Below, piece after piece: positions 28,739 through 40,745 of a stretch of 64,000 bases of DNA. The notes beneath the pieces are model-generated. The model had not been told where the DNA came from and did not search any database. It saw only the letters and a list, made by a program, of their open reading frames with translations. The stretch spans positions 2,604,001 to 2,668,000 of the forward strand of contig CM022669.1 in the NCBI GenBank assembly GCA_012295275.1. The letters are read 5' to 3'. A program made the position numbers and the translations under genes. This DNA is from Chrysomallon squamiferum (lineage: Eukaryota > Animalia > Mollusca). Every line of letters starts with the position of its first letter. The stretch's first letter is position 1.

Positions 28739-31700
28739 CATATGTTTCTACATTCTTACTATGTATAACTGTATGTATGTATGAGTAAATGAGTAAAAAA
28801 TACCTTTAATAAGTAAACATTATTTTGGAGAAGATGATGTTACTTTTAGTATTTCTAATAAAGTAAGTACTCTTACAAGTGTATAATGAAATCAAATAAT
28901 AGAAAGAAATAAAACAAAAGAGAAGAAATGTAGAAAATATTTTTGAAAAACATTTTTAAACTACTTTTAAGAACTACAACATTAATTTTCAATTATAATT
29001 TCAATATTAAAACTGGTCTGAGAAGAATTTCAGCAAAAGGAAGTAAACAACTGACATCAGCAAACATATTCTTCATCTCATCTTCACTTCGAACTGTAAT
29101 TCTGTCTCCATCCTCATCTTCATCTGACACAAATAACAATTCACCAGATTATCAGTTACACCTTCTTTAAAGATGCTGATTAAGAACAGTTACTCAGCTG
29201 TTAAATGCATTCAGCATTTTAATTGTTCTTTTCATTACTATTATTGCTAAGCCAATCACTAAGAAAGTCATATGTATCTGAATGCTACATCTAATATAAT
29301 TATAATATATAGAGATGATGTACTGAGAAGGAATTAAGTGTATAACATTTTTCAATAGATGACATTTGAGCATCTGCTTTCATTTCACACATGACTGAAA
29401 TATTATATACACACAAATACATACACACACCTTAAAGGATAACACAATAGCACACATGTTGTTGAATAAATCTATCTATAAATATCTAAATACTGTGACT
29501 GAATTTCACTTCAAAACCAATATATACCAAACTGTGAAACAAACCAATGACACAGTAAATTATTTAGTTACAATTATGATAGAAGATTACTGAAAATATT
29601 AAAATAATAAATAAATAAACATTATTTTAATCTGAAGACTGTAAAAGGTAATAAATTATTAATATTTATTTATTTTTAAAAACAAACAAAATATTAACAT
29701 TATAATAAATATTATTTAAAATATGAACAACATTAGATAATTGTATTACTTACATTCAAAAGCTGTAATCGTTCCACTAGGCACTATCTGTGACATGACC
29801 TCCTTTAAAGAAATAACAGAATATAATAAAAGGCAAGTTTTGAAAAAGTAAATAATAATAATGGGTCATTCCATGTCAAATCACCCCCCAAAAAAGAAAA
29901 TTTAAACCTGACCGTCTCAGATTTTTATGAAACTTGGTATACTTGTTGACTGGGATCCCACACCACCCAATCTTCATAAAATTGGTACTGCTGAAAAGGC
30001 AATATGACAAGGATTTCAAATCTGCCATTTTTGTTCAGTTTGGAAAATACTGGAGTACACTGGCCTGTTGACCTTTGCTATGACCTTGAAATTGACTGTG
30101 TGGATCACGTGACCTTGATATGACCTTTATTGAAATTTAATCTCCCACATGTTAACTGAAACATAGAAAAGTTTCCTGGGTGTAATATTTTTTGTTTAGC
30201 CAGAATATAGATTTAAAAAATGCACATACATGAAAATAACACCTTTTCAGCCATTAACATCTGATTAACTAAAACCTGAATGATCAATCACCATCTTTCT
30301 TGATCATTGAGTAAGACATTGTAGGCCTACATGTATGCATAAAAGTTTCCTGGGTGTAATATTCTTTGTTTAGCCATAAGAGAGATTTAAAAAATGCATA
30401 CCTGCATGGATGATTGATAAAATGCATTACAATGTACATTTTCTCTGAGACCAAAAACTCATCTTTGGAGTTAAAACCCACCTGACATGCCTGAAGGATA
30501 TGAAAAGATGCCAAATGGCATGTCATGTTTTACTCAATCAGGCTCAAAGGGTTAACAGGAAGTGATGCTTCAGGCAGGTCAGGAACTCCTTTAGATCCCC
30601 TGGTGCGATCCCCATTGAGCACATGGCAATTAGAAGTTTAAGACAAAGAAGTTTCTTCATCTGCATTTCTTTGACAATCTGAAGCCTTTTATGTTGGACA
30701 CAATGTCAGATGTTGATAAGTAAGCATTGTTTTCTTCATAAAACCTATTAAGTCATTTTATCATGTCATGTGGCCTTGCCATTGGTTTTGAACAAGGTTT
30801 CAGTCAACAATAGTACAACCCAGTCTGAAATCAGATGTCATCAAGTGATGGACTGCATAATGTATTTGTACACCCAGTCTTTGGCACAGGGTATGAACAA
30901 GGTCTACCTTCACCTTAATAAACTGTGATTTATACTTGAAAAGTTTGACTTAAATGCCCAAGGCTTGTGGGCCTTTGGCAATAACACATGTACTCTGCTG
31001 CCATTTTATGACCTGCTTAACTTTACTGAAAGGGTTTCAGGATTTGATTTAATATTTAGGAAAGCACTGACTTTGTTCTGTTGAATTGAAGGTGCAGGCC
31101 AATACTGAAAATCCATTTTTCTTCCAGGGCTAACTGCAGCTTTAACTCTCATGAAAATGAGTGTTATCAACTCCATTATATAGAAAAGGAGTTGTTGCGA
31201 AGTGTATGGAAAACTGAGGAAGTCGAACTCCTCACTCTTCGAAGTGGGATCAAAACACGGGACATCAAGAGTATCTGTTCACATCATGAACAAGAACTTT
31301 TAATCCAATTTTCAACATTGCGGAAAAACTGTTGTGACCCCTTTAATCACCATCCTAAGCAAGCATGCACTAGATCTTTAAGAATTGTTAGCATGGGCAC
31401 TTACAAATGCTTAGTAAATCCTCCAAAGACACTAGTGCCAGGAGACAAGTTGTGCTGTGACTGTCTGATTAGCCTTCAGAAATCAAAGGTCCAAACCCCT
31501 ACAGAGGATGGCTTTAGTATGGGTGGTATTACAATGGGAGAATTTGATGATAACTAGCCAGACAAACCGCTGGTTGTTGTTTCCCCAGAAAAGGACTTTG
31601 ATTTGAATTCTATTCTGTCGAGTTTAGGTGAAACTCCTGTCAAACTCCATTCACTAGCACATTCCAGTAAATGAATGAAAGGACAGAAAAAAAACTAGCA

Positions 31701-32853
31701 TCAGCTACAGTAACATTAAAATGACATCTTAATGTCTGAATCCTACCCAGAGCATGTGCAAATCTTGACTTTGTCACCCTTTACCATTGAAAGGACAATG
31801 AATGAATTTGAAACAATGAATTACCTTATGAAAAAAAGCTGTGAAGAAAGAGAAAGTGATTCTATCCCTCTGTGATAAGAAACAAGGGAAAGTTCTGTCA
31901 AATGAATTGAAGGAGGATATAATCCAATTTTATGCAAGTGATGAGAACAGTAGAATATGTCCAGGAATGAAGCATTTGAAACAAAGATGGTGAGAAGGTT
32001 AAGCATCAGAAACACCTAGTTCTCTCAAATTTATGTGAACTTTATGCATACATGTAGGCCTACAATGTCTTACTCGGTGATCAAGAAAGATGGTGATTGA
32101 TCATTCAGGTTTTAGTTAATCAGATGTTAATGGCTGAAAAGGTGTTATTTTCATGTATGTGCATTTTTTAAATCTATATTGTGGCTAAACAAAAAATATT
32201 ACACCCAGGAAACTTTTCTATGTTTTAGTTAACATGTGGGAGATTAAATTTCAATAAAGGTCATCTCAAGGTCACGTGATCCACACGGTCAATTTCAAGG
32301 TCATAGCAAAGGTCAATAGGTCAATGTACTCCAGTATTTTCCAAACTGAACAAAAATGGCAGATTTGAAATCCTTGTCATATTGCCTTTTCAACAGTACC
32401 AATTTTATGAAGATTGGCACAGTAGTTCCTGAGATATGAGGGTTCTAAGGTTGGTGGTCACGCCCATTTTTGCCAAAAATCTCAAAATTCAGTGGGCCAT
32501 ATCTCCCACACCACTGATCCAATTGGGCTGCTGTGGGATCCCAGTCAACAAGTGTACCAAGTTTCATAAAAATCTGAGATGGTCGGGTTTAACCCATTGT
32601 GTGGTTTGACACAGAATGACCCTAATAATAATAATAGTAATGAATATATTGAGAAAAAAATAAAAACAGAAACAAAACCCACATAAATCATAATAAAGTG
32701 AATTCAACATATAAGATTAATAATCAATTCAAAAAGAATAAGATTTACCAGAATTTGTCTGAAAGTTACTTCATCAGGTTGGACCATCCAATCCATGTCA
32801 TTCTGTCCTTGTTCATTGTGGATTCGTATCGTAAATGGAGGTGTATTGTTCAT
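19935..32853 (-). CDS. MAP2K5: Dual-specificity MAP kinase kinase 5 (MEK5): PB1 domain plus kinase, 20 coding exons, ~442 aa
   Basis: Exons (minus): 32853-32749, 29802-29754, 29123-29056, 28636-28567, 28032-27986, 27597-27509, 27227-27114, 26616-26577, 26206-26138, 25654-25573, 25200-25090, 24795-24722, 24232-24182, 22352-22281, 22119-22090, 21742-21725, 21259-21227, 20987-20926, 20519-20474, 20033-19935. Total 1329 nt, open. Motifs: PB1 [91 protein letters not shown]. Confidence 0.97.
22595..23955 (-). mobile_element. Degenerate, internally deleted Mutator (MULE) transposon with FLYWCH and MULE-transposase fragments, in a MAP2K5 intron
   Basis: 9-bp target duplication CTTTGATTT (22586-22594) / CTTTGATTC (23956-23964). 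Imperfect TIRs GGTATCCCCCCATTAGTCAGA and (rc) GGTTCCACCCCATTTGTTAGA. Frameshifted fragments: [16 protein letters not shown] (FLYWCH), [25 protein letters not shown] (MULE DGTF motif), [12 protein letters not shown] (RTNNxxEGWH motif). Much more GC-rich than the flanks. Confidence 0.88.
26810..27090. repeat. Degenerate ~30-bp-period minisatellite (core TTGACTGG) in a MAP2K5 intron
   Basis: Recurrent actggt/gactgg/gattgg/gaatgg cores preceded by taattacaattt-like spacers. Confidence 0.5.
29863..32622 (+). mobile_element. Sola2-like DNA transposon relic with long TIRs (~480/585 bp) and a decayed transposase N-terminus, in a MAP2K5 intron
   Basis: Termini GGGTCATTCC... / ...GAATGACCC flanked by TAAT on both sides. 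29863-~30347 is a near reverse complement of ~32038-32622. ORF 31192-31557 has ICSHH...CCDPFNHH...[11 protein letters not shown], and a downstream fragment reads [17 protein letters not shown]; both resemble Sola2-type transposase N-termini. No catalytic core remains. Confidence 0.8.
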
Positions 32854-33024
32854 ATTTTCTACTGTGATACTGCAAAACATAATAAATAAATCTAAAATTA
32901 AAAAAATGGAAAATGAAAAAAGCAAAAGAAAAAAATAAATTAAAATTATGTTGTTGTCATTTTCTTTAGATTAATGTTAAATTTTTGTTACCGGCATTAG
33001 TTATGCTTTTGACTGACATTTTTA

Positions 33025-33087
<63 letters not shown>

Positions 33088-33402
33088 CAATTATTATTTA
33101 TTTATTTATTTATTTATTTATACATAAATGATATATCAGTTCTTCGTTTCATGTCGGGTGTTTGCTGCTTTGTTGTGATTCATCTTTGTCACTTAAGTTA
33201 GAAAAGATTAATGTCTGCTTAGTACTTGACAGTGAAGTTGACTTAATGACTGTAGCCTGTACGCTGTAGCTAAATCTGAGCTAGACGTTTTCATTACATA
33301 AATGACGTGAATCACCCTGAACATATTTATTTCAGTAAGTACCTGTATTGTATTAGAACATTTTACATCCTAGTAACTGAAGAAAACAGAATAACAAATT
33401 AC

Positions 33403-33500
33403 CGATCATTTATTCCGCATATTCTTAGTTTAAGCAATGACAGATTGAAGAAACAAACTATTCATGGAGGATGACATTTTCATTTTGTTTGTTGTAATTT
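33403..33500 (-). promoter_or_regulatory. Putative non-coding first exon of MAP2K5 carrying upstream ORFs
   Basis: Donor TCG|GTAATT at 33402, in a CpG-containing promoter-like segment. The next acceptor is at 32870, just upstream of the main ATG (32853). uORFs at 33483-33430 and 33420-33406. Confidence 0.5.
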
Positions 33501-33825
33501 CGACTCTTACGCTAAGAGATCCGTTATTTCGTATCTAACTATTATTTCTGTTTATAAATTTTATTTGTCGTGTTCAGTATATTTAGTGTTATAACCCATA
33601 CTGAACACATTCATAGAAGATATAAAATGTTGGTATTATTGTGCTGTTGTGTAGGAGTATGCCACGAACTGCTGTTGTTATTATACTAATATTATCCAGA
33701 AGTTAGCTAGGAAATGTTGGAAGTGTCTACCTTGAATACATTCTGTAGAAGTAACATGTTCAGGCAGTTGATATTTGTTATTAGTATTTTGCAGGTATTA
33801 CACAGGAAAGACTGATAAAGGATAT

Positions 33826-34100
33826 TTCTTGTCAGTATTATGTAGAATTAAATATAATGTAACAGTAAGAGGTGTTTGAAATATTAAAAAGAAATTAAAA
33901 CAATAAACACTATTCCTTCTTGTCAGTATTATGTAGAATTAAATATAATGTAACAGTAAGAGGTGTTTGAAATATAAAAAAGAAATTAAAACAATAAACA
34001 CTATTCCTTCTTGTCAGTATTATGTAGAATTAAATATAATGTAACAGTAAGAGGTGTTTGAAATATTAAAAAGAAATTAAAACAATAAACACTATTCCTT
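33826..34100. repeat. 91-bp tandem repeat, three near-identical copies
   Basis: Unit TTCTTGTCAGTATTATGTAGAATTAAATATAATGTAACAGTAAGAGGTGTTTGAAATA...CAATAAACACTATTCC starts at 33826, 33917 and 34008. Confidence 0.95.
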
Positions 34101-35515
34101 TAATACCTTAGTCCGATAACCATTAGCAAAAATGAAAGATATAAATTAAATTAAAAACTAATGAACAAATAAAATCTTTCACATAATTTATTCTCTTTTA
34201 AATAAAAACTAAACTGATAGTCCTTATGTTGTTTTTCTTTATACAGATTTAATACACATTCAAGTGTATTTTTTAGAGAGTCAAGAAAAACTATTTAGAC
34301 AGAATAAATTTGTTTTTCATCCAAATGATTATTTTATAACTGAACATAACACTTTACTAACTAATAAAGTATAACAACATAACATGACTGTCAGAATTTA
34401 TGTAGGATGATACTTTTCTTAATCTAATATTTCTTAGAACTGTTATTTATTATTTAAATAAAATAATTAAATAAATAAATAAAATTAAAATAAAATATAA
34501 AAAGCATTGAGACTTTACTCAGTCCGGAGTTTTTATATATTTTTATATTTTTTTTAAACAAATTAATTAAAAAAATATTACATCCTGATGAAAAAATTAA
34601 AAAATGTAGAAAAAATAAATAAAATAAGAATATGCAGACTGTATAATTGATTTTATGCCAGAAAAAGGTAAAAGTTTTAAAAACAGTCTCTAGATAAAAA
34701 TATACTTTGGATAATAATAATAATAATAATAATAATGGTAATAATAACAACAACAACAACAATAACAATAATAAAATTAATAAAATTAATAATAATAATA
34801 AAAATACTAGATATTAAAAACTTTGCACATATCATTTAGATCATTGTTATTTAAATTTTTTTAAAGCATAACATAAACACTAATCCATCACTTTTAAAAC
34901 AAACACAAATACACACAAACTTGGTCATTCATCTTAAAACAAGTTATTCTGTCATAGAAACAAAAATCACAAGTCATAATCCTGATACAGTTAAACAGAC
35001 TTAATATTTAAAATACCTAATTATCATCAGCACATCTACAGAACAAACAATAAAAGAATTTTAAAAATTTAACTGCCCCTTAAAATTCTGCATTAGTAAA
35101 CAATGTTTCTTAGATGTCTCATGTTATAATGTGTTAATATTGTTACTTAGTTATTCATTAATTTTTTACTGATTCACTGAGATAAAAGTTTCATCTCTTT
35201 TTGGTTTTATTATGAGCAATTTAATACATGCATATACAATAACATATTATTACACATTCAGAGTGCGTTCAAATTAATTTTTAATTATTTCTTAAACGTA
35301 TTTATGTATAAAATCATTTTTAGTTTAAGCTATCATTAAAAAATTTTGACTGAAAGAAAGGTAATCTCAGGTTTTAATCAGCCAATTTATACAAACTAGT
35401 GCCACCAGTATTGCAGTCCATAATAAATACAAATCCATAATTAATCCTACATATTCTCTGTGAAATATTCTCTTCATAAATACTTCAAAGGAATGTTCTG
35501 TTCAGACATTTTTAT

Positions 35516-38500
35516 TTAAAGTTCTGTTTTCTCATTCAAATCTTTGGCATTGTTTTCTTCTCTTTTTAAATCATTACTTTGAGTATTTCCACCTTTCTTT
35601 TCTTTTTCTTCTGTTACTTTTGCATCACCTGATGTTGTCTTTGATTCTATATCATTTCCTTTCTGTTCAGGATCTTCAACTTCTTTGCTGGATTCAGTTT
35701 CTTCATCTTTACAGTTGGGTTCACTCTCTGCACAGACATCTTGTTTTTCTTTCTCTTGGTTATCTGGCTTCAATGTGACAACAGATTCAAATGTGTTAGG
35801 AAGTGAAGCTTCATCACCGGATGGATGTTGCCAATTGCCAAGTTGATCTTTGATAAATTCAAACACATAGTCAAAACTGGACCATGATGTCATTTCATGT
35901 TGAGTGGTACCTGAAAAAAATATGTATCTATTTTACTGCTGCAATATTATTAATTAATCTATAACATTTGTTTATCTCTCATTTGAAAAATTAATTTAAT
36001 GACATATAGACTCATATACACAAATTCATATTTGGGGTTCAAATTTTTACCATGGCATGGATGGCAAGTGCCATGATCATGCCTCATAATTTGGACTATC
36101 TCAATGGCAATAAAACTTTGTGGCTGCCATGTCACGTTTGTATAAAACTAGAAATGTTTTAACAGCAGGAACATACAGATCAATAACAACCAAATGTACA
36201 AAGCTGTAGTGTTTGTCTTCAGGTATCAATAATTCAAATAAACATAGTCTTGGATAGCCATAATACAGCTGCAAGCTGCAGCAAACTTCCACGAAAACTT
36301 GATTAAAAATTAAGTTACCCTTATACCCCTTCAGCTTGCCTTTTACAGCACAGGATCCATTACCTCGATAAAACTCATGGTAACAGTTGCAGTGTTCAAA
36401 CAAAATTAATTATGATAATTAAGAAAAACATAATAATAATAATAAATCCCTGTATATTTATATATATTGAGGTATTTCAGGTGTTTTTTTTTTCTAGGAA
36501 TGGCATCACTTACCTGCAGACACACAACGGCAGTCATCCAGAGACTCAACTTGTGTGTTGACTGGCTGTTCACTGGACACAAAGTTAATAGCCCTCTGAA
36601 AATAGTGAAACAGATGTGGAAATTACCTTTATCGTGAAGTCAAATGATGAAATGAATGTGCACATCAGCAACCACACAGGCACCCAAACATACATACACA
36701 CAAACACACATTAGTAAATCAAGCATAGATAACTTTTGTTATAATGATATATATAAATATACACACCTAACTGTCCATGACAATTTTTAAATATTACATT
36801 CATATACACATATTTCATTCACTGTACGTTAAATAGAACAGATTTACAATCTGTAATCCAAATATGCTATCTTGTTTGTTTTTTTAAATGATATTAGCTC
36901 TGCATTATTTTTCAATTATAATTTTTGCTTTTTTTCATTTACAACACCTTCTTAAAAAAAAATATACATATATATAAAAAAGAAGTCAAAACGTGATGAT
37001 ATGTCAGTTAAGTAATGTTGGAATAGTTCAGAGGATAACCTTACATGATTTATAATCTGTCTGACTTCATATCTGGTATACTCTGGATTGTAGTAATGCC
37101 CTGAATCTGTGAAAGCAATGGCAAACACTCGGCTTATGAAGTCATCCAAGAATTTCTTCAGCTTAAATAAATAAAAACAGTTCAAAAAAATTGTTATATC
37201 TTTGTGTACTAATGATCAGCTAAGAATCCTACAGTAAGAATTGTATTCATTGATGAGGGGCAAGAGGAGAACATATGGTCATTAGGGAATCACATTAGTT
37301 ACCCTACTACTCCACAATTACACAAATACATATTACAAAACATTTTTAAATACTTCAATTATTTGTCTTATTTCTCTTTGCTTCATTCTATTTCATCATC
37401 TATTCATTAAAATAAAAATGTAAAAAATAATTTTAAAATTTTACCAGGTGTAGTGTGACAACACCTCCAAAACTATGTGCCACTATTGCAATCTTCTTTG
37501 CTGCTGTTTTAGAAACAAAATGTTTCCATACATAGATACCATGTTCTTCTGGACAGCTGTTTTCCTGAAAAACAAAATTTTAAGTTTTATCATTTTAAGT
37601 ACACTGTTAATCAATATCTGTGAGATATAGATTAACAGTGTATGTAAAATTATAAAACTCAGACTAATTAAAATGGTGATTTTTATGATTTGATTATAAA
37701 TATTATAGGTATTTATTTTTATTATAGTATTTTAGTTTTTACATTTATGTATTTTATTTAAAATAAGTTAAAATAATTGTGAAATATTTTTAATTAAGTG
37801 CAAGTCAAAGGATTTGAAAATTTTCCACATTTATAAATAACTGTAAAGTAAAATAGAAAAAAAAATTAGCAAATAATATTATGTTCATACCCTTATTGAA
37901 ACTTTTTCTCCACCAACCTCAATGTAATTGAGATTTGGGTTTAACACAATAATCCCATAACCTTCTTCAATGCCTCGTTTTATAAATGGAAGTTGGGTAC
38001 CACTGTCAAGACAATCGTTAATTATCAACCTGCAAACAATTCCTCTATTTAATTACAAGTATTAAAAAAATAATTATCAAAATAATAAAAAAAAAATTCA
38101 AATATCACAAATATAAATATATAAAACCAAAATTTGAAAAATACTGTTTAAAATCTTTTTTTTCTCTTTCACTGACATTAATCCAGGGAAGGATTATTGA
38201 TGTCACAAGTCCCTGCATGTGAATAACACATTATGGCCACTGTCAGACAAAATCGGGCATTCATCATCATACAGACATCATGTATAATAAAATAATTAAT
38301 AAAAATATTTCTTAATAATTCTAGATAAAATTTTTAATCATATATGCTTTGTTTTATTTGGTGCATTCATGCACAATATATATGTTTTATTTATTATATA
38401 TATTCAAATATATAGCAAATATTTCAGTATCCTTCATAACATGTAGAAAAAGTTAAAAAGAATTTGTTTAAATATATCTGTCACTTCAGAACACATAAAA

Positions 38501-39437
38501 AAAATATTATGCATATATCTATTTTTCTTATATATGTTAAGAAGTTTCACAAAAGTTGATCAAATAATGACTGAAGAATATATTATCCATTAAAAAACAA
38601 TCTGAAAAGGTTAAAAAAACAATGGGTTGTTTATATTTACCTTCTTGCCCACTGTCCAGCACGTACTGCCCCTGACCCATGTATGAGAATAAGCAGCTTG
38701 TCAGCAGTTTCTGTATTCTCACTTTTGAATATAAAACTTCGGGGCTCGCCACCAGGGGCATCAATCTGTATTTACAGAGAAAACAAAGCAGTAAACAATT
38801 AATATAACTTAAACAATATTTCCAGGTTTTTTAATATGAATTATTTTAAAAATAAAATTATTCTTTATACTTACAATATGTAATTTTATTGTTTTTAGGT
38901 GAGCTGTGATTGCTCATAAAAATGTGTAAGAATAAAATAATACTGTTATGAATATTTGAACAATGCCATTTATACCTTTATAACTGAAGTTGTGATGATG
39001 TCACTGCATACATATGACAGAATGAAAGCTGTGTTTTTCTTATGTTAGATCAAACTTTAGATCAAGTCAATGCTCTCTGTACACAATATCATGACTACCA
39101 AATTATGGCAGCATGTTGATATTTTTAAACTGTACTCTTTTATTGTTTACTTTGTTATTGACTAAACGTGGATGGTAAAATAAATAAATAAATAAATAAA
39201 TATATAAAGCTAAACCCAATTTTTGTTGATGTTTTTATTTACAGTACTCACAGGAACAAATTCTCGCTTCAGCTTGAATTTATCTTCCATCAGTTGATAG
39301 ATATAGTTGGTGACAGCCTAATAATAAAAATAATCTTAAATACAATAGAAATGCTATAAATAATAATATATTAACTGTGCAAAATATTTCAAATTAATTT
39401 ATTTAAAGAACATGGAACAGTTAGTAATATATCTCTA

Positions 39438-39481
<44 letters not shown>

Positions 39482-40745
39482 CATGCAAGCATTCACATCT
39501 CTCTCTTTAATGATATTTGAATAAAAAAAAGTTAAATTGTGCATCTGCAACATTAATTTTAAAAGTTATCTGAACTAAGAGAGGTGTACACAAGTACATA
39601 AAAGAATTACCTTTCCAAGAGCTTCATAATGATTCTGATTGTAATTGTGATCTTCAGATACATTGAACTGGAAAGGTTCTTTAGTTTCAGTATTTCTCAG
39701 TCTGTCTGAAGATATCATAAAAATAAAAATGACTAAAAAAAAAATGTATGACACTAACAATTTTTTTTTTTTTTTTTTTTAAAGAACGAATAAAAATTAA
39801 CTTTAAAAAAAATATAATAATACAAATTTTAAGTAAAGAAAAATATTGCTTTTATTAGAAACAGAAGTAATAGAGTTCTAAAGTCGATTTTCTGGTAATT
39901 CTGGTTTTCTGGTTGCTGGATAAATGGTCTGGTACTTGTGCTTAATATTAAACTTGAAACAATGTAATACTGGAATAAATAAAACTGATTTTATAAGCAT
40001 CATCCTCTCACCATTGTAAAACTCATAACCAATTGCTTCCAATGTATCAGGAAAGTCTTCAGGTAGAGAAGACATTTCTTCTAGAAACAAAACACGTCAT
40101 TATACTGAATGTTAGAAAAAATTTGAAAGTGTAAAATACAGATTTACTGATTTATGAATTATGCACTGACAATATTTAAATAAAGAAATATTCTATTACC
40201 TCATTTTGCTTATTTTACTAATTTGAAGCTAAGAATTTTTATCTGCCTTCTTTAGAGAAAAAGAAAGAAGAGCGTATCTGTTTTTGTGATATCCATTTAA
40301 GAAGTACTGGATAAAATAGGAAATACAATGGGAGGTTGTATCCAGCATCATTATCCATACATCCAGATAATTATGTACTAATCACAGAATGTAATATATT
40401 TCCCAAAGATAATTAATAATTAACAAATAAATTTGTTTTATAAATAACATATAACAAAACATACGTTCAGTGGGATCTGAATGAAATTTTTCATTATCTT
40501 TGGCCTTTTCTGAAAGAAAAAAAATTAAACTATTAAGGTAACAAGTACTGATATGTTCAAAAATGAATATTAACATTATAATTATTATGACTACATCAAG
40601 ATAATTATTTATGCTGAAAGAAACAACATGGTCATCTTAGTTCAATATAATTTCTTTAATAAAAATTTGCCTTAAGAAATTAGAAGTGTTGATATAAAGT
40701 TGGTAGAATGTTACCTTCCTTTTTTCCTGATATTTTTGATGCCAT
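35516..40745 (-). CDS. FAM172A: FAM172A / ARB2A (Arb2-like alpha/beta-hydrolase fold), 11 coding exons, ~427 aa
   Basis: Exons (minus): 40745-40715, 40509-40465, 40080-40012, 39705-39611, 39317-39252, 38765-38641, 38029-37891, 37564-37445, 37161-37045, 36595-36514, 35910-35516. Total 1284 nt, open. Signature motifs [85 protein letters not shown]. Confidence 0.96.

Noticed and set aside
33826-34100. CRISPR-like array
   Set aside because: The units are contiguous near-identical 91-mers with no unique spacers, there are no cas genes, and the context is eukaryotic.
34454-34768. Hydrophobic or poly-residue ORFs (also 17486, 42517, 53470, 54611, 58993, 60940, 61025)
   Set aside because: They are translations of (AAT)n, (ATTT)n, (TG)n and poly-T simple repeats.
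36030-36403. 100-aa ORF 36101-36403 and GGATGGCA/GCCATG-rich tract (similar flavour at ~56810-56940)
   Set aside because: No protein motif. Probably an old repeat, but I could not define TIRs or a TSD.
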